Positions 37,719 to 52,074 of a stretch of DNA of 64,000 nt are shown here, in pieces (position 1 is the first letter of the stretch; each line of letters opens with the position of its first letter). Both the position numbers and the translations under genes were made by a program. The notes below the pieces were generated by a model, which worked only from the letters and a program-made list of their open reading frames with translations, was not told the DNA's origin and ran no database searches. This stretch comes from Malacoraja senta (taxonomy: Eukaryota): contig CM075977.1 in NCBI GenBank assembly GCA_038087875.1, positions 204,352,001-204,416,000 on the forward strand, written 5' to 3'.

Positions 37719-38510
37719 GCAAGTTTTCAAAGCTGGATTGCCCCAGAGGGGTAAAGAAAGATTAAGGGAATACTAAAAAAAAGTAATTTGAGGATGAAGG
37801 GGACAAAATACCACTGGCAGCAAGATCAAAGAAACATCCCAAAATATTTTGGGAGAAGGGCAAAAGGGTAACCTGGAAAAGAATATGACCTATTAGAAAT
37901 CAAAGTTGCAGCAATGGGAAGCAAGATTAACAGAAGATGCACCAGAGGTAATTATAGGCAATGGATCCAATATCAGTGCTGCAAATTTGCTTGTGTTGCT
38001 GAGTGTTAAACTGGTAGGGTGTGGGACACAGAAGGTACGGAACATGGAAGAAAAACTAGATCAGTCCAGTAGACAGAGCAGACATGGGCACATGCGGGGA
38101 GAGGAAGGTTAAATAGCAACTATTTTAATACAAGGAGCTCAACTGGTCAGGAGGATGAAGTTGGAATGTTGGAATAATAATATTAATAATAATGCAATTA
38201 TTGAGATATGGTTTAAAGAAGGGCTAATGACACATTCCAGGGTGTAGAGGTTTCAGGTACGATCGGGAGAGATGTAAAAGAGGAAGAAGGATTGCATTAT
38301 TGATAAAGACAACCGCCACTGCAGTAATAAGGGAAGATATCCGAGAAGGCTCTTCAAAGGAGGCCATGTGGATAGAGCTTAGAAATAGAAAAAAAAATGG
38401 TGATCATTTTACTGGGATTATACTATTGGTTTCCCAATAATCAGAATAAGATACAAGAGAACTAGTATTATGGCAAGATAGTGGCAGCTGGGGATTTGAA
38501 CTCCTCCATT

Positions 38511-39362
38511 ATTGGTATTGGTTTATTATTGTTGTTCATCGCGATAGTGAAAAGTTTGGTTTGCATGCTATTCAAATCACACTATGCATGAGTACAACAA
38601 AACTGTACACAAATACAGCAGGCAGTGCAGAGAGAAACATATCAGAGTGCAGAATATAATGTTATGGCGTATATAGCTACCGAGAAAGAGCCGATACGAA
38701 AAAACTGTAAGGAGTGCAATGAGGAAGGTTGAGAGATCAGGGCTACACCCTTAGCTTATGAGAGGATTGTTCAGTGGTCTGATAACAGCAGGGAAGAAGT
38801 CATTCTGAATCCAGTGGTACAGGCGTTTAAGCTTTTGTATCTTCTGCCCAAGGGGAGAGGTAGTGAAAGGGGAGGATGGCTTGTGTGATGAACTGGGCTA
38901 CATTCACAACTCTTTGTAATTTCTTGCGGTCTTGGGTAGAGCTGCTGCCAAACCAAGTGGATGCTTTCTATGGTGCACCTGTAGAAGTTGGCAAGAGTTG
39001 GTGAAGGCATGCTGAACATCCCTTGTCTCCTATGAAAGTAGAGGCGTTGCTGTGTTTTCATAGCCGTGGCTACAATGTGGTGCTCCAGATCAAATTGTTG
39101 GTGATGTTTATGGCTAGGAACCTGAAGATGTTGACCATCCCCACTTCAACACAACTGATGTTAATTGGGGAGTGGACGCCACAATGTTTCCTGAAGTCAC
39201 AAACTTCATCCTGTATACATTGTGTGCCTTGGTTCCTTGTTACAAAGTTATCCATCATCTTTCTGTACTCTGTCTTGTCATTGTTCGAGATCCGGCCCAC
39301 TATATTTGGCTCCTCTCCAAACTTCTTAATGGAGTTAGAGCAGAATTTGGCCACACAGTATT
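38511..39362 (-). mobile_element. Rex-Babar LINE 3' fragment, inserted in decayed CR1 sequence
   Basis: FRFLAINITNNLIWS and KTQQRLYF...LANFYRCTIESI motifs. Confidence 0.75.
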
Positions 39363-40059
39363 AACCATATTATCTAGAATCATCTTTGTGTGAAAGGATT
39401 AGATGGGATGGAATTTTTAATCAGCACCCAGGAGTTATGAGTGCCAGTATGTACCAAGAATGGAGCAGAGCTAGAGTTAATGCAAAGGAAATGAAGCCTG
39501 GCAAGTGGAGGAAATGTCAGTAATTGAGCACTTTGAGGATAGTGACCATAAGTCAGTAGGTTTCAAAGTAGCATGGAAAAGGAAAATAATAGTCCAGAAA
39601 TTGAGTCTGTATTTTGGGGGAGGGGGGGGGGTGCTGGAGGCTAATTTTATCATTGGGCAGGACATAACAAGCATTGACTGGCACCAGGTTCTTTCACACA
39701 TATTCCTGAAATGGAATTGTGAGTCAGGCCAACATAATTCTATGAGGTGGCAAGTAAGGATATGTTCGCTAGGGATCCCAGGATGTCAAGGAATATTGAG
39801 TTTGATAACAAATAATTCGGAACAATGTGGTAGCCGTAGCGCACTGGAAATAGGGAAAGCTCTTAAGTGCATGGGAGTTAAAAAATAAATTGCGAGGTGA
39901 AAGAGTGGTCACTATAATAAGTTGAAGGAAACTTCTAATCACTATTCCCATTTTTAGCATAATTCAATAGTTTATATTTCCACAGCAACTATCAAAACAC
40001 CAAGTTAAAATTGTTCTATGTTGTTGGACTAAATAAATACACAGTAAAAACTACAGTAC

Positions 40060-40535
40060 CAATAGACAATAGACAATAGGTGCAGGTGTAGGCCATTTGG
40101 CCCTTGAACCAGCACCGCCATTCAATGTGATCATGGCTGATCATCCCCAATCAGTACCCCGTTCCTGCCATCTCTCCATATCCCCTGACTCCGCTATCTT
40201 TAAGAGCCCTATCTAGCTCTCTCTTGAAAGTATCCAGAGAACCGGCCTCCACCGCCCTCTGAGGCAGAGAATTCCACACATTCACAACTCTCTCCGTTTC
40301 CTCATCTCCGTTGTAAACGGCTTACCCCTTATTCTTAAACAGTGGCACCTGGTTCTGGACTCCCCCAACATCGGGAACATGTTTCCTGCTTCTAGCGCGT
40401 CCAGACCCTTAATAATTTTATATGTTTCAATAAGATCCCCTCTCATTCTTCTAAACTCCAGAGTATACAAGCCCAGCCGCTTCATTCTCTCAGCATATGA
40501 CAGTCCCGCCATCCCGGGAATTAACCTTGTAAACC
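40060..40535 (-). mobile_element. CR1 3' end with (caataga)n tail
   Basis: Very similar to 49636-50110 and to the reverse complement of about 21320-21796. Confidence 0.9.
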
Positions 40536-40933
40536 AAAAAATACTGATGCATTTAGTTATCATTGATTTCTTAACAATACTTTGACTTGATGTTAAAGTT
40601 GTGAAATCTACATTTTAATTTTCTTACTCCTATTCTCCTAGCTAAATCTTGTTTAATATCATAAATCAGCTCCTCCAATGTCTTTCAAACCTTGAGAGTT
40701 TCTTTATTGTGGTTGGACACCACAAGTCTTACACACACACTGTAACACTTGATCAGTAAACAATAAGAGAAATCTAACAAAAGCATGGTTTTGACAGACC
40801 ATCTCTCCTGCTAGGAGAATACATTGAGATTTCAGGCGCGCACATTTTCCACCCATTAATCAGCCCTAATAATTACAAGCTCAAAAATGTCTAAATATGC
40901 CAGACATTTTCGGCGGCTGAAAATTATACTTAC

Positions 40934-41029
40934 CATGTTGAAAGAAATAATCCCAAAGGCATTATCATTTGACAGAATGGTTACTCTGGCAATATTGGGA
41001 ATTCCAAGCATAACATCTGCAAATGTTCC
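40934..41029 (-). CDS. ADGRV1: ADGRV1 exon 4 (96 bp)
   Basis: ctctttag|GTFADVMLGIPNIARVTILSNDNAFGIISFNM|gtaag. Confidence 0.95.
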
Positions 41030-43039
41030 CTAAAGAGAAAAAAACTGTTTTTATATCAAGGTTTTGGATCTTATTCCAATTGAGCTGGGTTTTTATAAGG
41101 CACCTTCATATTGGCAGCTGAACATTACATATAAGCATATACTTGCCTTGAAATGATATAATTAAATTATAAATTTCCAATGAATACAAATCATAATAGT
41201 TCCAGGTTGAATAATAATTCACATTTCCTACTTATTTTACAGTAATATTCAGTACAAACCTACGACTTGAACTAAAAATATAGCTGCCAGATTTTACTTG
41301 ATATATATTTTTCTAAACAGTTTTGTAGTAATGAAGAATGAAATCCAAAACCTTAAGAAATATATCTAATAGTGTTCCAGAAAGAAAGTTCTTTGGGCAC
41401 TTTAGCTACATTAGAAACCCAAGTTAATAAGGAGGTCTTTTGAAACTCATTTATCATGATTTGACAATCTGTTTCAGACACCATGGCAATAAGAAACTAG
41501 GTATGAAGTATGCAGTTGTGTTTGAAAATGAAGTTTCCTTTCAGTATAACGCCTTTATACATTATCCTTTGACTTAAATGTTAAAAAGCGGAATTCTCTT
41601 CCCAGGTCCAGGTCAAAGGTCTCTACAACCCGTTTCATGCAACAAATTGAATGGTTGTGGGAAGATAAATACATTCTTTATTTTGAAATGGATGTATCAA
41701 TGCAATAAACCAATTACGTTAAAGAAAGCTTGTCTGTGAAAAGCACAATGCATTAAAATCCTTATACATTACCTCACTTTGGAACAAGTGAATAAAAATT
41801 AAATGTTATTGCTGTAATGAAATGTAACCAAACTTCTTGCTAAAAATGAATGTCTGACCTCAAATGTTATAAAACATCTCGGGAGAGATTTTGTTTTACT
41901 TATATACTGAAGTGGACATGTATTTAACCTTCATGTATTTAATTTGATTGTCAAAATGTTACCCATAACATGGGCTGGACTCTAATATATTAAAGCCATT
42001 ATATTAGTTTCATTGATTTTGTTTTCTGAAGCCCCTTGGGAAATATCAAGGCTCCACACAGTTTGTGACTCATATTCAGTCAATCCAAACCCTGAACTTC
42101 ATACCATCTACTCTAGACTCTATTATCAAGTTTCCATAGCAACTTATTTAGCATCTTACTGTTCACACACAATGTTACTTAGATTTAGATCATGAATGAT
42201 TCCATCTATGCTTTGAAATACCTGCCGTTGTAATTTGAATAAGATTTACACTTCACATACAAATGAAGTATCTTTTTATCCTCACAACACTATTGAATGG
42301 CAATAAAAAAAGCAAGTGGACATTTACCTTTGAGATATAATTGACAACACGCAGGGCTTCTATTTCATGTATAGTTAGCTTTGAAATGGAATATCCAAAA
42401 ATACTGATCATTTAATTAATCCAATGAAAATGATTTTTCATTATGTGTTTAATGTGGCCAATTATTTCACTATAACCTAGATTTTTATAAACCGTTTCCG
42501 AAACTGTTAACAATTGAATTCCAGTCTCGAAGTTTAGCTGTTGTTTTCAAGTATTATTCTGAGGAATATTATTTTACAAATCAATGCAGTGACACAAAGC
42601 TTCACATAAAGGCAGTATCTACATGGAATAGAAGCAACAAAAAACATTTCCATACATTTATCATTTGCAGGTTTAAATTGCCACAATGCATTTTCATCAT
42701 GCAAAGCTTGCCTCTTATGTTGTTCATTCATAAAATCTATCACCATATTTTTAATGACATAATAGCTAAGATGACATTTAAACTTCCATTTGAGAATATT
42801 AAAAAATATCATGCAATTATCTTTAAAATCTTATCAGCTGTGATATGTAGAGAAATAGTGCCCATTTTAGGACAGCCATGAGATGAATGAATGGTACATG
42901 TTTTTATACTCTAAAGCATTTCACTGTACTCGGTACATGTGGCAATAAACTAAACTAAACTGAATACATTCAGCCAGGTAGCTGGCTTCATGGAAAACCA
43001 TCGCACCACTCATCTGTCTCCCAGCAAAACTAAACTACA

Positions 43040-43522
43040 AAAATAAAATGTTCTGGTTGCCAAACATTTTAACTCCCCTTCCCATTCTGACCCATTTGTG
43101 TCGAGGCCACACGTAAATTGGATGAACAGCACCACATGTTTCACTTGGGCAGCTTACAACCCAGTGGTATGAATATTGATTTCTCTAATTTCAAGTAACC
43201 CCTGCATTCCCTCTCTTTCCCCCTCCCCCACCCTATTCGTCCTATTAGTTCCACAATTCGTATCCCTGTATCTCTTTGTTATAATCTCTACCCCAGCCAA
43301 CGATGGGCCATTGTAGGCTCCACCCTTCCATGGTAATCTATGGCCAGCCCTGATTTGTTCTGGCCTTTTCCTACCTTCAGTTCCCCCCAGCCCCCACCCC
43401 CCCCCCCCACCGCCTCTACTTTCAGTCTGAAGAAGAGTTCTGACCCAAAACGTCACCCATTCTTATTCTCCAGAGATGCTGCCTGACATGCTGACTTACT
43501 CCAGCACTTTATCTCAACCTTC
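43040..43522 (+). mobile_element. PLE 3' fragment with a degenerate hammerhead core
   Basis: Reverse-complement similarity to 11988-12535; cagtctgaagaagagttctgacccaaaacgtc. Confidence 0.8.
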
Positions 43523-43774
43523 TACAAAAATACATGCTGAGGTTCCATTTCTCTCAAAGGAGAAAAAAAAATCGCACAAGGAATTTGTTGATCATAGCTT
43601 GCATCATTAATTTAAAAAAAAAATGCAGGTAAATATTTAAGGCTCATTTTACCACATTTTGCTTCAACTCACACAATTCCAAGAACATGCCTCAGCACCA
43701 ATGATGAAAATAACAGTAGACAAGTAGCTTGAGCATGCAAGCAGTGAGCTATTGTATTCGCTTCAATTTTCAGC

Positions 43775-44051
43775 TAGATTATCCCACCGAGTTCGTGCCG
43801 AACAACAATCCCCGTACACTAACACTATCCAATGCACTGGTGACGATTTACAATCTTTACCAAAGCCAATTAACCTACAAACCTGTACGTCTCTAGACTG
43901 TGGGAGAAAACCAGAGCACCTGGGGAAAACCCATGCAGTGACAGGGAGAACGTTACAAACTCCGTACAGATAGGACCCGTCGTCAGGATCGAACCTCAGG
44001 TCTCTAGCGCTGTAAGGCAGCAACTCTCCAATTGCCCCACCATGCTACCCC
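43775..44051 (-). mobile_element. V-SINE
   Basis: B box ggttcgatcc and V domain on the minus strand. Confidence 0.8.
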
Positions 44052-44913
44052 TAGTTTTAGATGCCGACTTTCAACCAAATGTTATTTATTAATAAATACG
44101 TGAATACACTGCATATGTTGCCAAAACTACAGGCCCATAGACATCCTGGTTTTAGTACTCGGGACTTGCCCAAGGAATTACACACACCTCTAGCCAAGCA
44201 CCGCCAGTCTATCTGACAACACAAAAGAAAACAGGTCAGATGTGGCCAGAGCATAATAACCAAGACAAATCCACATTGCCAGCTGCCACCCCATTCAGCT
44301 CACTGACAAATCATCAGAAGGGTGATGGTAAAGGTCAATGTCTACGCCATCAAGGGCCATTTACTGATTAATTTTAGCCTAGGTATTGACTTTGGTTTGT
44401 GTTCTGCTGGGACTACTCAGTTTTAGACTTTGTAACAGTCCTGCTCCATGCCTGGGCAAAATAAGGAATTCCTGATGTGACTTCACTCAAGAGTAAAGGG
44501 AGCAATTCACCAAACATAGCACAGAGGAGCCAAGTAAAACTTTAAAGTGAATAGGAAGCAATGCAAAATATCTCCACTGATCCCCTTGTAGATGCCTGCT
44601 CACCTCTCCTTTCCAAGCATTGGAAAAAAATGTTTGCCCATTCCCTTCATTCAATTTGATGGAACCAACTTGTTGCATACAAACATAGAAAATAGGTGCA
44701 GGAGTAGGCCATTCAGCCCTTCGAGCCATTCAATATGATCATGGCTGATCATCCAATATCAGTACCCCGTTTTTTGCCTTATCCCCATATCCCTTGATTC
44801 CTTTAGCCCTAATGGCTAAATCTAACTCTCTCTTGAAAAGCAAGCTGTAATAAATGGCTTGTCCACATGAAGAAAATATCAACTGGAATGGGCATAAAAC
44901 AAAATGAACTTAC

Positions 44914-45063
44914 CTGCAGACTAAGTGAAAAAACAAAAGTTTCATCTGCTTCTGGAAAATCATCATCCTTGACTGCGATGTACACAGTTTTATTTGTTTC
45001 AGTTGCTAATAATCGGGCAGCAGCAGACGTAGCCTCAAAATCATCCGTATCTTCCCCTTGAAG
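44914..45063 (-). CDS. ADGRV1: ADGRV1 exon 3 (150 bp)
   Basis: ttcgtag|LQGEDTDDFEATSAAARLLATETNKTVYIAVKDDDFPEADETFVFSLSLQ|gtaag; not in the ORF track. Confidence 0.95.
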
Positions 45064-46635
45064 CTACGAAGATTTGCAATGAATATGTAAGATCATGTCT
45101 TATATGTTTAAATATACATTTAGGAATATTTCAGAGGTTTTTAAATAGTGATGAAATGGTACAACTTTGTATGCAATCACAAAAATAACAAGTGCACCTC
45201 AGAGGACTTAGACGAGCATTTTTACACTATGATTCATCGCCTTTCTCTAATTACTAACAAATGTTTCGTGAAAAGGAATAACTTAGCAACAGTATATTAC
45301 AGCCTTAGAATAAAAGTCAAACTGTTCAGTGGAGAGTTAAGAAAACCTTCATAATGCTAGTGGCAATCTCCAAGCAAATGGATTCTACGCATAGGCTAAG
45401 TTAGACACAGGGAACTGCAGATGCTACTTTACAAAAAGAAACAAAATGCTGGAGTAACTCAGTTGGTCAGGCAGCATTTCTGTAGAACATGGATAGGTTA
45501 TGTTTTGGGTCAGGACCGTTCTTCAGGCTGATTATAGTAGGGGAGAGAAAGAAGTGGGAGCAGGACAAAGCCTGACAAGTGAAAGGTGGATCGGCGCAGG
45601 CAAATGCTGAAGAAATACATGTGGCTGTGTTCGCAAGTCCAGGTCAGAACATGATCAAAGAGAAGGAGAACTGCAGGAATCACAGAAGGGGAGCAATGAG
45701 AGAGGATCTCGCTGCCCTTCCATCACAGAGAGGATAACTTGTTCAAAGAAGCCATATCTTGGGGGATTTTGTAGTGGAGCAGTAAAAGTAGACACATGGA
45801 ACTGCAAATGCTGGATTACAACTAAATTAGTTATTTTCATTTCTTTATTTCCTCTATGCAGGAAAATTAGGTAAGCACATGGTATGTCCATACTAAATAT
45901 CTTATTTTCCCTTCATACTGACAATATATAGTGCGATTATCGGCAGAATAAGATAATTTCTCAGCAATCGATCAATTTATTCTAATAAAAATGAGAAATT
46001 TAAAGGTCAGTAAAATTAAAATTAGCAATCAATTTCACATGTGCTTAGAAATACATGTTCCCGTTATTTCAAATGTCTTACTTCCGACTTATCTTAAGGT
46101 ATAAAGTCAACAGTGTGTGTCTTAACTTCCAAAGCACAGAGGTTATCCTCTAGAAATAGATGTACTTGTGTTCTTTGACCAACATTGACTGTGAATGGAT
46201 AACAATGGGGAAATTGAGCTTTGTGTCATGTTTCTACTTTGTAACTGGATCANNNNNNNNNNNNNNNNNNNNNNNNNNNNNNNNNNNNNNNNNNNNNNNN
46301 NNNNNNNNNNNNNNNNNNNNNNNNNNNNNNNNNNNNNNNNNNNNNNNNNNNNNNNNNNNNNNNNNNNNNNNNNNNNNNNNNNNNNNNNNNNNNNNNNNNN
46401 NNNNNNNNAAGGAAATAGCATAGATATAAAGAAATGAAAACAACTAATTTAGTTGTAAACCTGAATGGATGGATAGATGAATAAATAAATAAATAATAGA
46501 TAAAGGGATGAACAAATGGGAATTTAAAGATTACTTTCTAGTGTCCTAAATCAACCCGTGAAACAGTTTGAAATGTGAAAGTTAACATTGCAGCAATTCC
46601 AAGATGGCAATGCATGGACAATCTTTGTTCCTTAC

Positions 46636-46818
46636 CAGTAAGAGTGCTGTGACATTGGCTGGTGTTCCGATCCTTTCAATAACCAAGCGTATAACTGAAA
46701 TACTTGTTTCGTTCACCACAAAATTGGTTTGGCCTGCAAACCTTACTTCTGTATCTCCACAAGCAAGAGTGACACAGAGACCCAAAATAAGCTCAGCCAC
46801 TAAAAAAACTGCAGGCAT
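46636..46818 (-). CDS. ADGRV1: ADGRV1 exon 2 coding part (start codon, signal peptide, start of first Calx-beta)
   Basis: Acceptor ttttccag|GA ATG (exon begins 46820), donor CTG|gtaag at 46636; 185-bp exon; hydrophobic leader then TEVRFAGQTNFVVNETSISVIRLVIERIGTPANVTALLL. Confidence 0.93.
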
Positions 46819-47489
46819 TCCTGGAAAAGTAAAATTCAAAGAAACAGGACTGGTTCAGAAGAAGGATCGTTAGAATTTAAAAATACAATGACACGCATTT
46901 GTAGGCACTCTTTCCCAGTAATTTTATAAATATTTTTGATATTAGATTTAAATTATAAATTATTACAGGAAAATTCTGTAGGCCAAACAATCCTGAACTC
47001 TTCCTCTTCATTGTTAATTGTTTCTTCTAACGGACTGCTCCACTTTCACCTTTGAAACAAAATATTTTTGCTTTTCACAAAACTTTTGCTTTAGCTCCAA
47101 TGTTGCAGCTTTTTCCTCAGCCACCCGAGCCCTTGTGACTTTGCCTGCCTCTCATTCGCCAGCCTCTCACAACAATGCATTGCAGCTTCATCTAATCTCC
47201 AAGCCATTTGCTTCACCCACCATCCCTATGAGCAATGCCAGCCACTCCCAACAAAACCTCCTCCCTTCACCACACGTCGGTCAACTTTCCTCAAGAACAG
47301 ACATTCACCACTAGAAAAACAAAGAAACAAGAGCTGAGTTAGGCCATACCACTCAGTTGGGTTTGCTCTGCCAGAACTGCCTCCAGAATCTTCCAATTCT
47401 TCATTTTAATGGAATCTATTAGCCTCTGCACCCAATTTTTCAAAAAGCACATTCACAGAGTTCAAACTCCACAATAAGATTACAATTTT

Positions 47490-48770
47490 ATACCCCAGAT
47501 CTACTATTCAATATTCAGGAAGGATAGACAGAAAGGAAGAGGAGGTGGGGAGGCATTGCTGGTTAAAGCAGAGATTAATGCAATAGCAAGGAGAGACTTT
47601 AGCTTGGATGCTGTAGAATCGGTATGGGTAGAAATGCGAAATAGCCAAGGGCAGAAAACGCTTGTTGGAGTTGTATACAGATCACCAAACAGCAGTAGGG
47701 AGGATGGGGATAGTATCAAGCAGGAAATTAGGGATGCGTGTATCAAAGTACAGCAGTTATCATGTGTGACTTTAATCTACATATAGATTGGGCCAACCAA
47801 ATTGGTAGCAGCGCTGAGGATTTCATTGAGTGTATACAGGATGGTTTTTTAAACCAATATGTCAAAGAGCCGACTAGAGGGCAGGCCCCCCTGGTCTGGG
47901 TATTGTGTAATGAGGAAGGATTAGTTAGCAATCTTGTTGTGCAAAGCCCCTTGGGCAACAGTGACCATTATATGGTGGAATTTTGCATTAGGATGGAGAG
48001 TGACACGGTTTATTCAGAGACTAAGGTCCTGAACTTGAAGAAAGCAGACTTTGAAGGTATGAGATGGGAATTGGCTAGGATAGACTGGCAAATTATACTT
48101 AAAATGTTGACGGTGGAGATGCAATGGCAAAGATTTAAAGACCGCATGGATGAAGTGTTCATCACTGTCTGGCAAAAAAAAAAAAACGGGCAAGGCGGCT
48201 CAACCGTGGCTAACGAGGGAAATCAAGCAAAGTGTTAAATTCAAGGAGAGGCATATCAATTGGCCAGAGGAAGCAGCAAACCGGAGGACGGAGAAATTTA
48301 GAACTCAACAAAGGAGGACAAAGGGGTTAATTAAGAGGGGGGGGGGGAGATCATGAATGAAAGCTTGTGGGGAATATAAAAACTGACTGCAAAACTTCTT
48401 TAGATATGTAAAAAGGAAAAGATTAGTGAAGATAAATGTAGGTCCCTTACAGTCAGAGACAGGTGAATTTATAATGGTAAATAAGGAAATGGCAGAACAG
48501 TTAAACGAGTACTTTGGTTCTGTCTTCACTAAGTAAGACACAAACAATCTCCCAGAAATACTAGGGGACCAAGGATCTAGTGGGAGGGAGGAACAGAAGG
48601 GAATCCACATTAGTCAGGAAATGGTGTTCGGTAAATTGTTGGGACTGAAGGCAGATAAATCCCCAGGGCCTGATGGTCTGCATCCCAAAGTACTCAAGGA
48701 GGTGGACCTAGCAACTGTAGTTGTACAGGCCCTGGTGAGATCGCAGCTGGAGTATTGTGTGCAATTTCGG
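47490..48770 (+). mobile_element. CR1 internal fragment (endonuclease to linker)
   Basis: TLVGVVYRSPNS, DFN, GNSDHYMVEF motifs; multiple frameshifts. Confidence 0.88.
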
Positions 48771-49635
48771 TGCCTTGAAATCAAATGAATGACTGCCTTG
48801 AAAGAGGGGAAGTCACCAAGTCCAAATCAATACATGCTGGTATTACAGTGAAGCTGCATAGTGACAGAATTTATTATTTTCAGTTCATCCAGGTTGAGCT
48901 CAAATTGACAATACTTACCAAGGGGATCCCACTAACAGATGGTGGTAGTCACGATTTTACATTTGATGATACCACAATAATTTTTTTAAAGTAAGGCCAT
49001 TGAGTCCCTTGAGTCAGCCCCACTGTTCAACAAGATTGTAGTTTTCCCAACTTATACCCAAGATTACATTACTGTTTGTAAAACCTTCTCTCTGCAACAC
49101 GGCTTGTCTTCTCCCCTAGTTGTACATCACCTGCAGATCTGACGGCATTATTTTGTTCTCTCCTCCAGCCCACAAATATATTGTAAGCATCTGCATTCCT
49201 ACTACCAGTTTCTGCTGCTCCCCACTGGTCACAGACTGCCCACCTGAAAGCATTTGCCTTATCCCCCCCCCCCCCATTTTCAGATTTCTGCTATTTAGCC
49301 ATTCTTTATCCACGTTCATATTCCTTCCATCACCACAAGTTCTTATCTTGCAAAGTAAACTTCTATTGTTTTGTCTGCAGAAGGGTTTTGTCCCGAAACG
49401 TCACACATTCCTTCTCTCCAGAGATGCTGCCTGTCCCGCTGAGTTACTCCAGCATTTTGTGTCTATCTTCTACTTTCATTCAGTACTTGTTGAACAAATT
49501 TTTAAAATCCATATACTATATCTATTGGTACCGCTTGATCCATTGCAGCCAAAATTTCCTGCCCTTAAATTTTCAATGGGAAAATTGTGCAATTCCATCA
49601 CAATTTTCCTATTTAACTTCCCATCCTTAGAGAGT

Positions 49636-52062
49636 CAATAGACAATAGGTGCAGGAGTAACCCATTCGGCCCTACAAGCCAGCACCGCCATTCAATGTGA
49701 TCATGGCTGATTATCCACAATCAGTATCCCGTTCCTGCCTTCTCCCCATATCCCCTGACTCCACTATCTTTAAGAGCCCTATCTAGCTCTATCTTGAAAG
49801 TATCCAGAGAACCGGCCTCCACCGCCCTCTGAGGCAGAGAATTCCACACACTCACAACTCTCTGTGTGAAAAAATGTTTCCTCATCTCCGTTCTAAATGG
49901 CTTACTCCTTATTCTTAAACTGTGGCCCCTGGTTCTGGACTCCCCAACATCGGGAACATGTTTCCTGCCTCTAGCGTGTCCAAACCCTTAATAATCTTAT
50001 ACTTTCCAATAAGAGTCCCTCTCATCCTTCTGAATTCCAGAGTATACAAGCCCAGCCACTACATTCTCTCAGCATATGACAGTCCCGCCATCCCGGGAAT
50101 TAACCTTGTGAACCTACGCTGCATTCCCTCAATAGCAAGAATGTCCTTCCTCAAACTCGGAGACCAAAACTGCACACAATATTCCAGGTGTGGTCTCACT
50201 CGGGCCCTGTACAACTGCAGAAGGACCTCTTTGCTCCTATATTCACTCCTCTTGTTATGAAGGCCAACATGCCATTCGCTTTCTTCACTTCCTGCTGTAC
50301 CTGCATGCTTACTTTCATTGACTGATGAACAAGGATCCCCAGATCCCGTTCTACTTCCCCTTTTCCCAACTTGACACCATTTGGATAATAATCTGCCTTC
50401 CTGTTTTTGCTACCAAAGTGGATAACCTCACATTTATCCACATCAAACTGCATCTGCCATGCATCTGCCCACTCACCGAACCTGTCCAAGTGACCCTGCA
50501 TTCTCATAGCATCCTCCTCACAGTTCACACTGCCACCCAGCTTTGTGTCATCTGCAAATTTGCTAATGTTACGTAATCCCTTCATCTAAATCATTGATGT
50601 ATATTGTAAATAGCTGTGGTCCAGCACCGTGCCTTGCGGTACCCCACTAGTCACTGCCTGCCATTCTGGAAAGGGACCCTTAATCCCTACTCTTTGTTTC
50701 CTACCTGCCAACCAATTTTCTATCCATGTTAGCACTCTATTCCCAATATCATGTGCCCTAATTTTGCCCACTAAGTCCAGGTACACTACATCCACTGCCT
50801 CTCCCTTGTCCATTTTCCTAGTTACATCCACAAAAAATTCCAAAAGATTAGTCAAGCATGATTTCCTCTTCGTAAATCCCATGCTGACTCTGACTGATCC
50901 TGTTACTGCTATCCAAATGTGCTGATATTTCATCTTTTATAATTGACCAGCATCTTCCCCACCATCGATGTCAGGCAAACTGCTCGATAAATCCCTGTTT
51001 TCTCTCTCCCGCCTTTCGTAAAAAGTGGGATAACATTAGCTACCCTCCAAAACCGCAGGAACTGATCCTGAATCTATAGAACATTGGAAAATGATCACCA
51101 ATGCGTCCACGATATCTAGAGCCACTTCCTTAAGTACCCTGGGATGCTGACCATCAGGCCCTGGGGATTTATCAGCTTTCAATCCCATCAGTTTCCCCAA
51201 CATCATTTCCTGCCTAATGTGATTTCCCTTCACTTCCTCCATCACCCCAGATCCTCTGGCCACTAGTACATCAGGAAATTGTTTGTATCTTCATTAGTGA
51301 AGACGGATCCAAAGTACCTGTTCAACTCATCTGCCATTTCCTTGTTCTCCATAAATAATTCACCCTTTTCAGTCTTCAAAGGTCCAGTTTTGGTCTTCAC
51401 TAATTTTTTCCTCTTCACATACCTAAAGAAGCTTTTACTTCTTGAATATTGATTGAAATACAGATTGAATATTCTTGGCTAGCTTACCTTCGTACCTCAT
51501 TGTTTCTCCCCGTATTGCCTTTTTAGTTATCTTCTGTTGCTCTTTAAACGTTACCCAATCCTCTGGCTTCCCACTCATCTTTGCTATGTTGTACTTCTTC
51601 TCTTTTATTTTTATACTGTCCCTGACTTCTCTTGTCAGCCACGATCGCCCCTTACTCCCGTTGGAATCTTTCTTCGTCTTTGGAATGAACAGATCCTGCA
51701 CCTTCTGTCATATTCCCAGAAATACCTGCCATTGTTGTTTCACTGTCATCCCTGCTAGGGTATCTTTCCAGTCAACTTTGGCCAGTTCCTCCCTCATGGC
51801 TCCATAGTCCCCTTTGTTCAACTGGAATACTGTCACCTCCGATTTACCCTTCTCCCTCACAAATTGTAGATTAAAACTTATCATATTATGGTCACTACCT
51901 CCTAATGGCTCTTAACCTCGTTCCCTTATCAAATCCAGTTCATTACACAACACTAAATCCAGAATTGAATTTCTCCCTGGTAGCTGCTCTAAGAATCCAT
52001 CACAGAGGCACTCCACAAACTCCCTTTCTTGGGGTCCAGTACCAGCCTGATTTACCCAGTCT
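49636..52062 (-). mobile_element. CR1 LINE, about 2.4 kb, decayed
   Basis: ORF fragments with KSPGPDG, GVPQG and FADD; caataga tail. Confidence 0.92.
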
Positions 52063-52074
52063 CCTAGCATGTTG

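Larger units (their letters stand above)
1473..46818 (-). other. ADGRV1: ADGRV1 (VLGR1/GPR98) gene, 5' part: coding exons 2-12, continuing past the left edge
   Basis: Eleven exons with GT-AG borders and compatible phases splice to a 2340-nt open frame (780 aa): MPAVFLVAELILGLCVTLACGDTEVRFAGQTNFVVNE...NDDPGGVFEFSSETRGPYFVQ. Repeated Calx-beta signatures (DD..PE..E.F, ND..G) are colinear with the recalled vertebrate ADGRV1 N-terminus. Confidence 0.97.

Noticed and set aside
46253-46408. Possible ADGRV1 exon hidden in the gap
   Set aside because: Exons 2 and 3 join in frame and colinear with the known protein
46821-46839. ORF-track start (MNFTFPG) for the first exon; likewise the N-terminal extensions of ORFs 13024, 24013 and 25421
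   Set aside because: These are intronic polypyrimidine tract and acceptor sequence, not coding
47490-52062. Facing CR1 copies as one inverted (twin-primed) insertion
   Set aside because: Overlapping parts are clearly diverged subfamilies, about 870 bp of other sequence separates them, and I found no shared TSD
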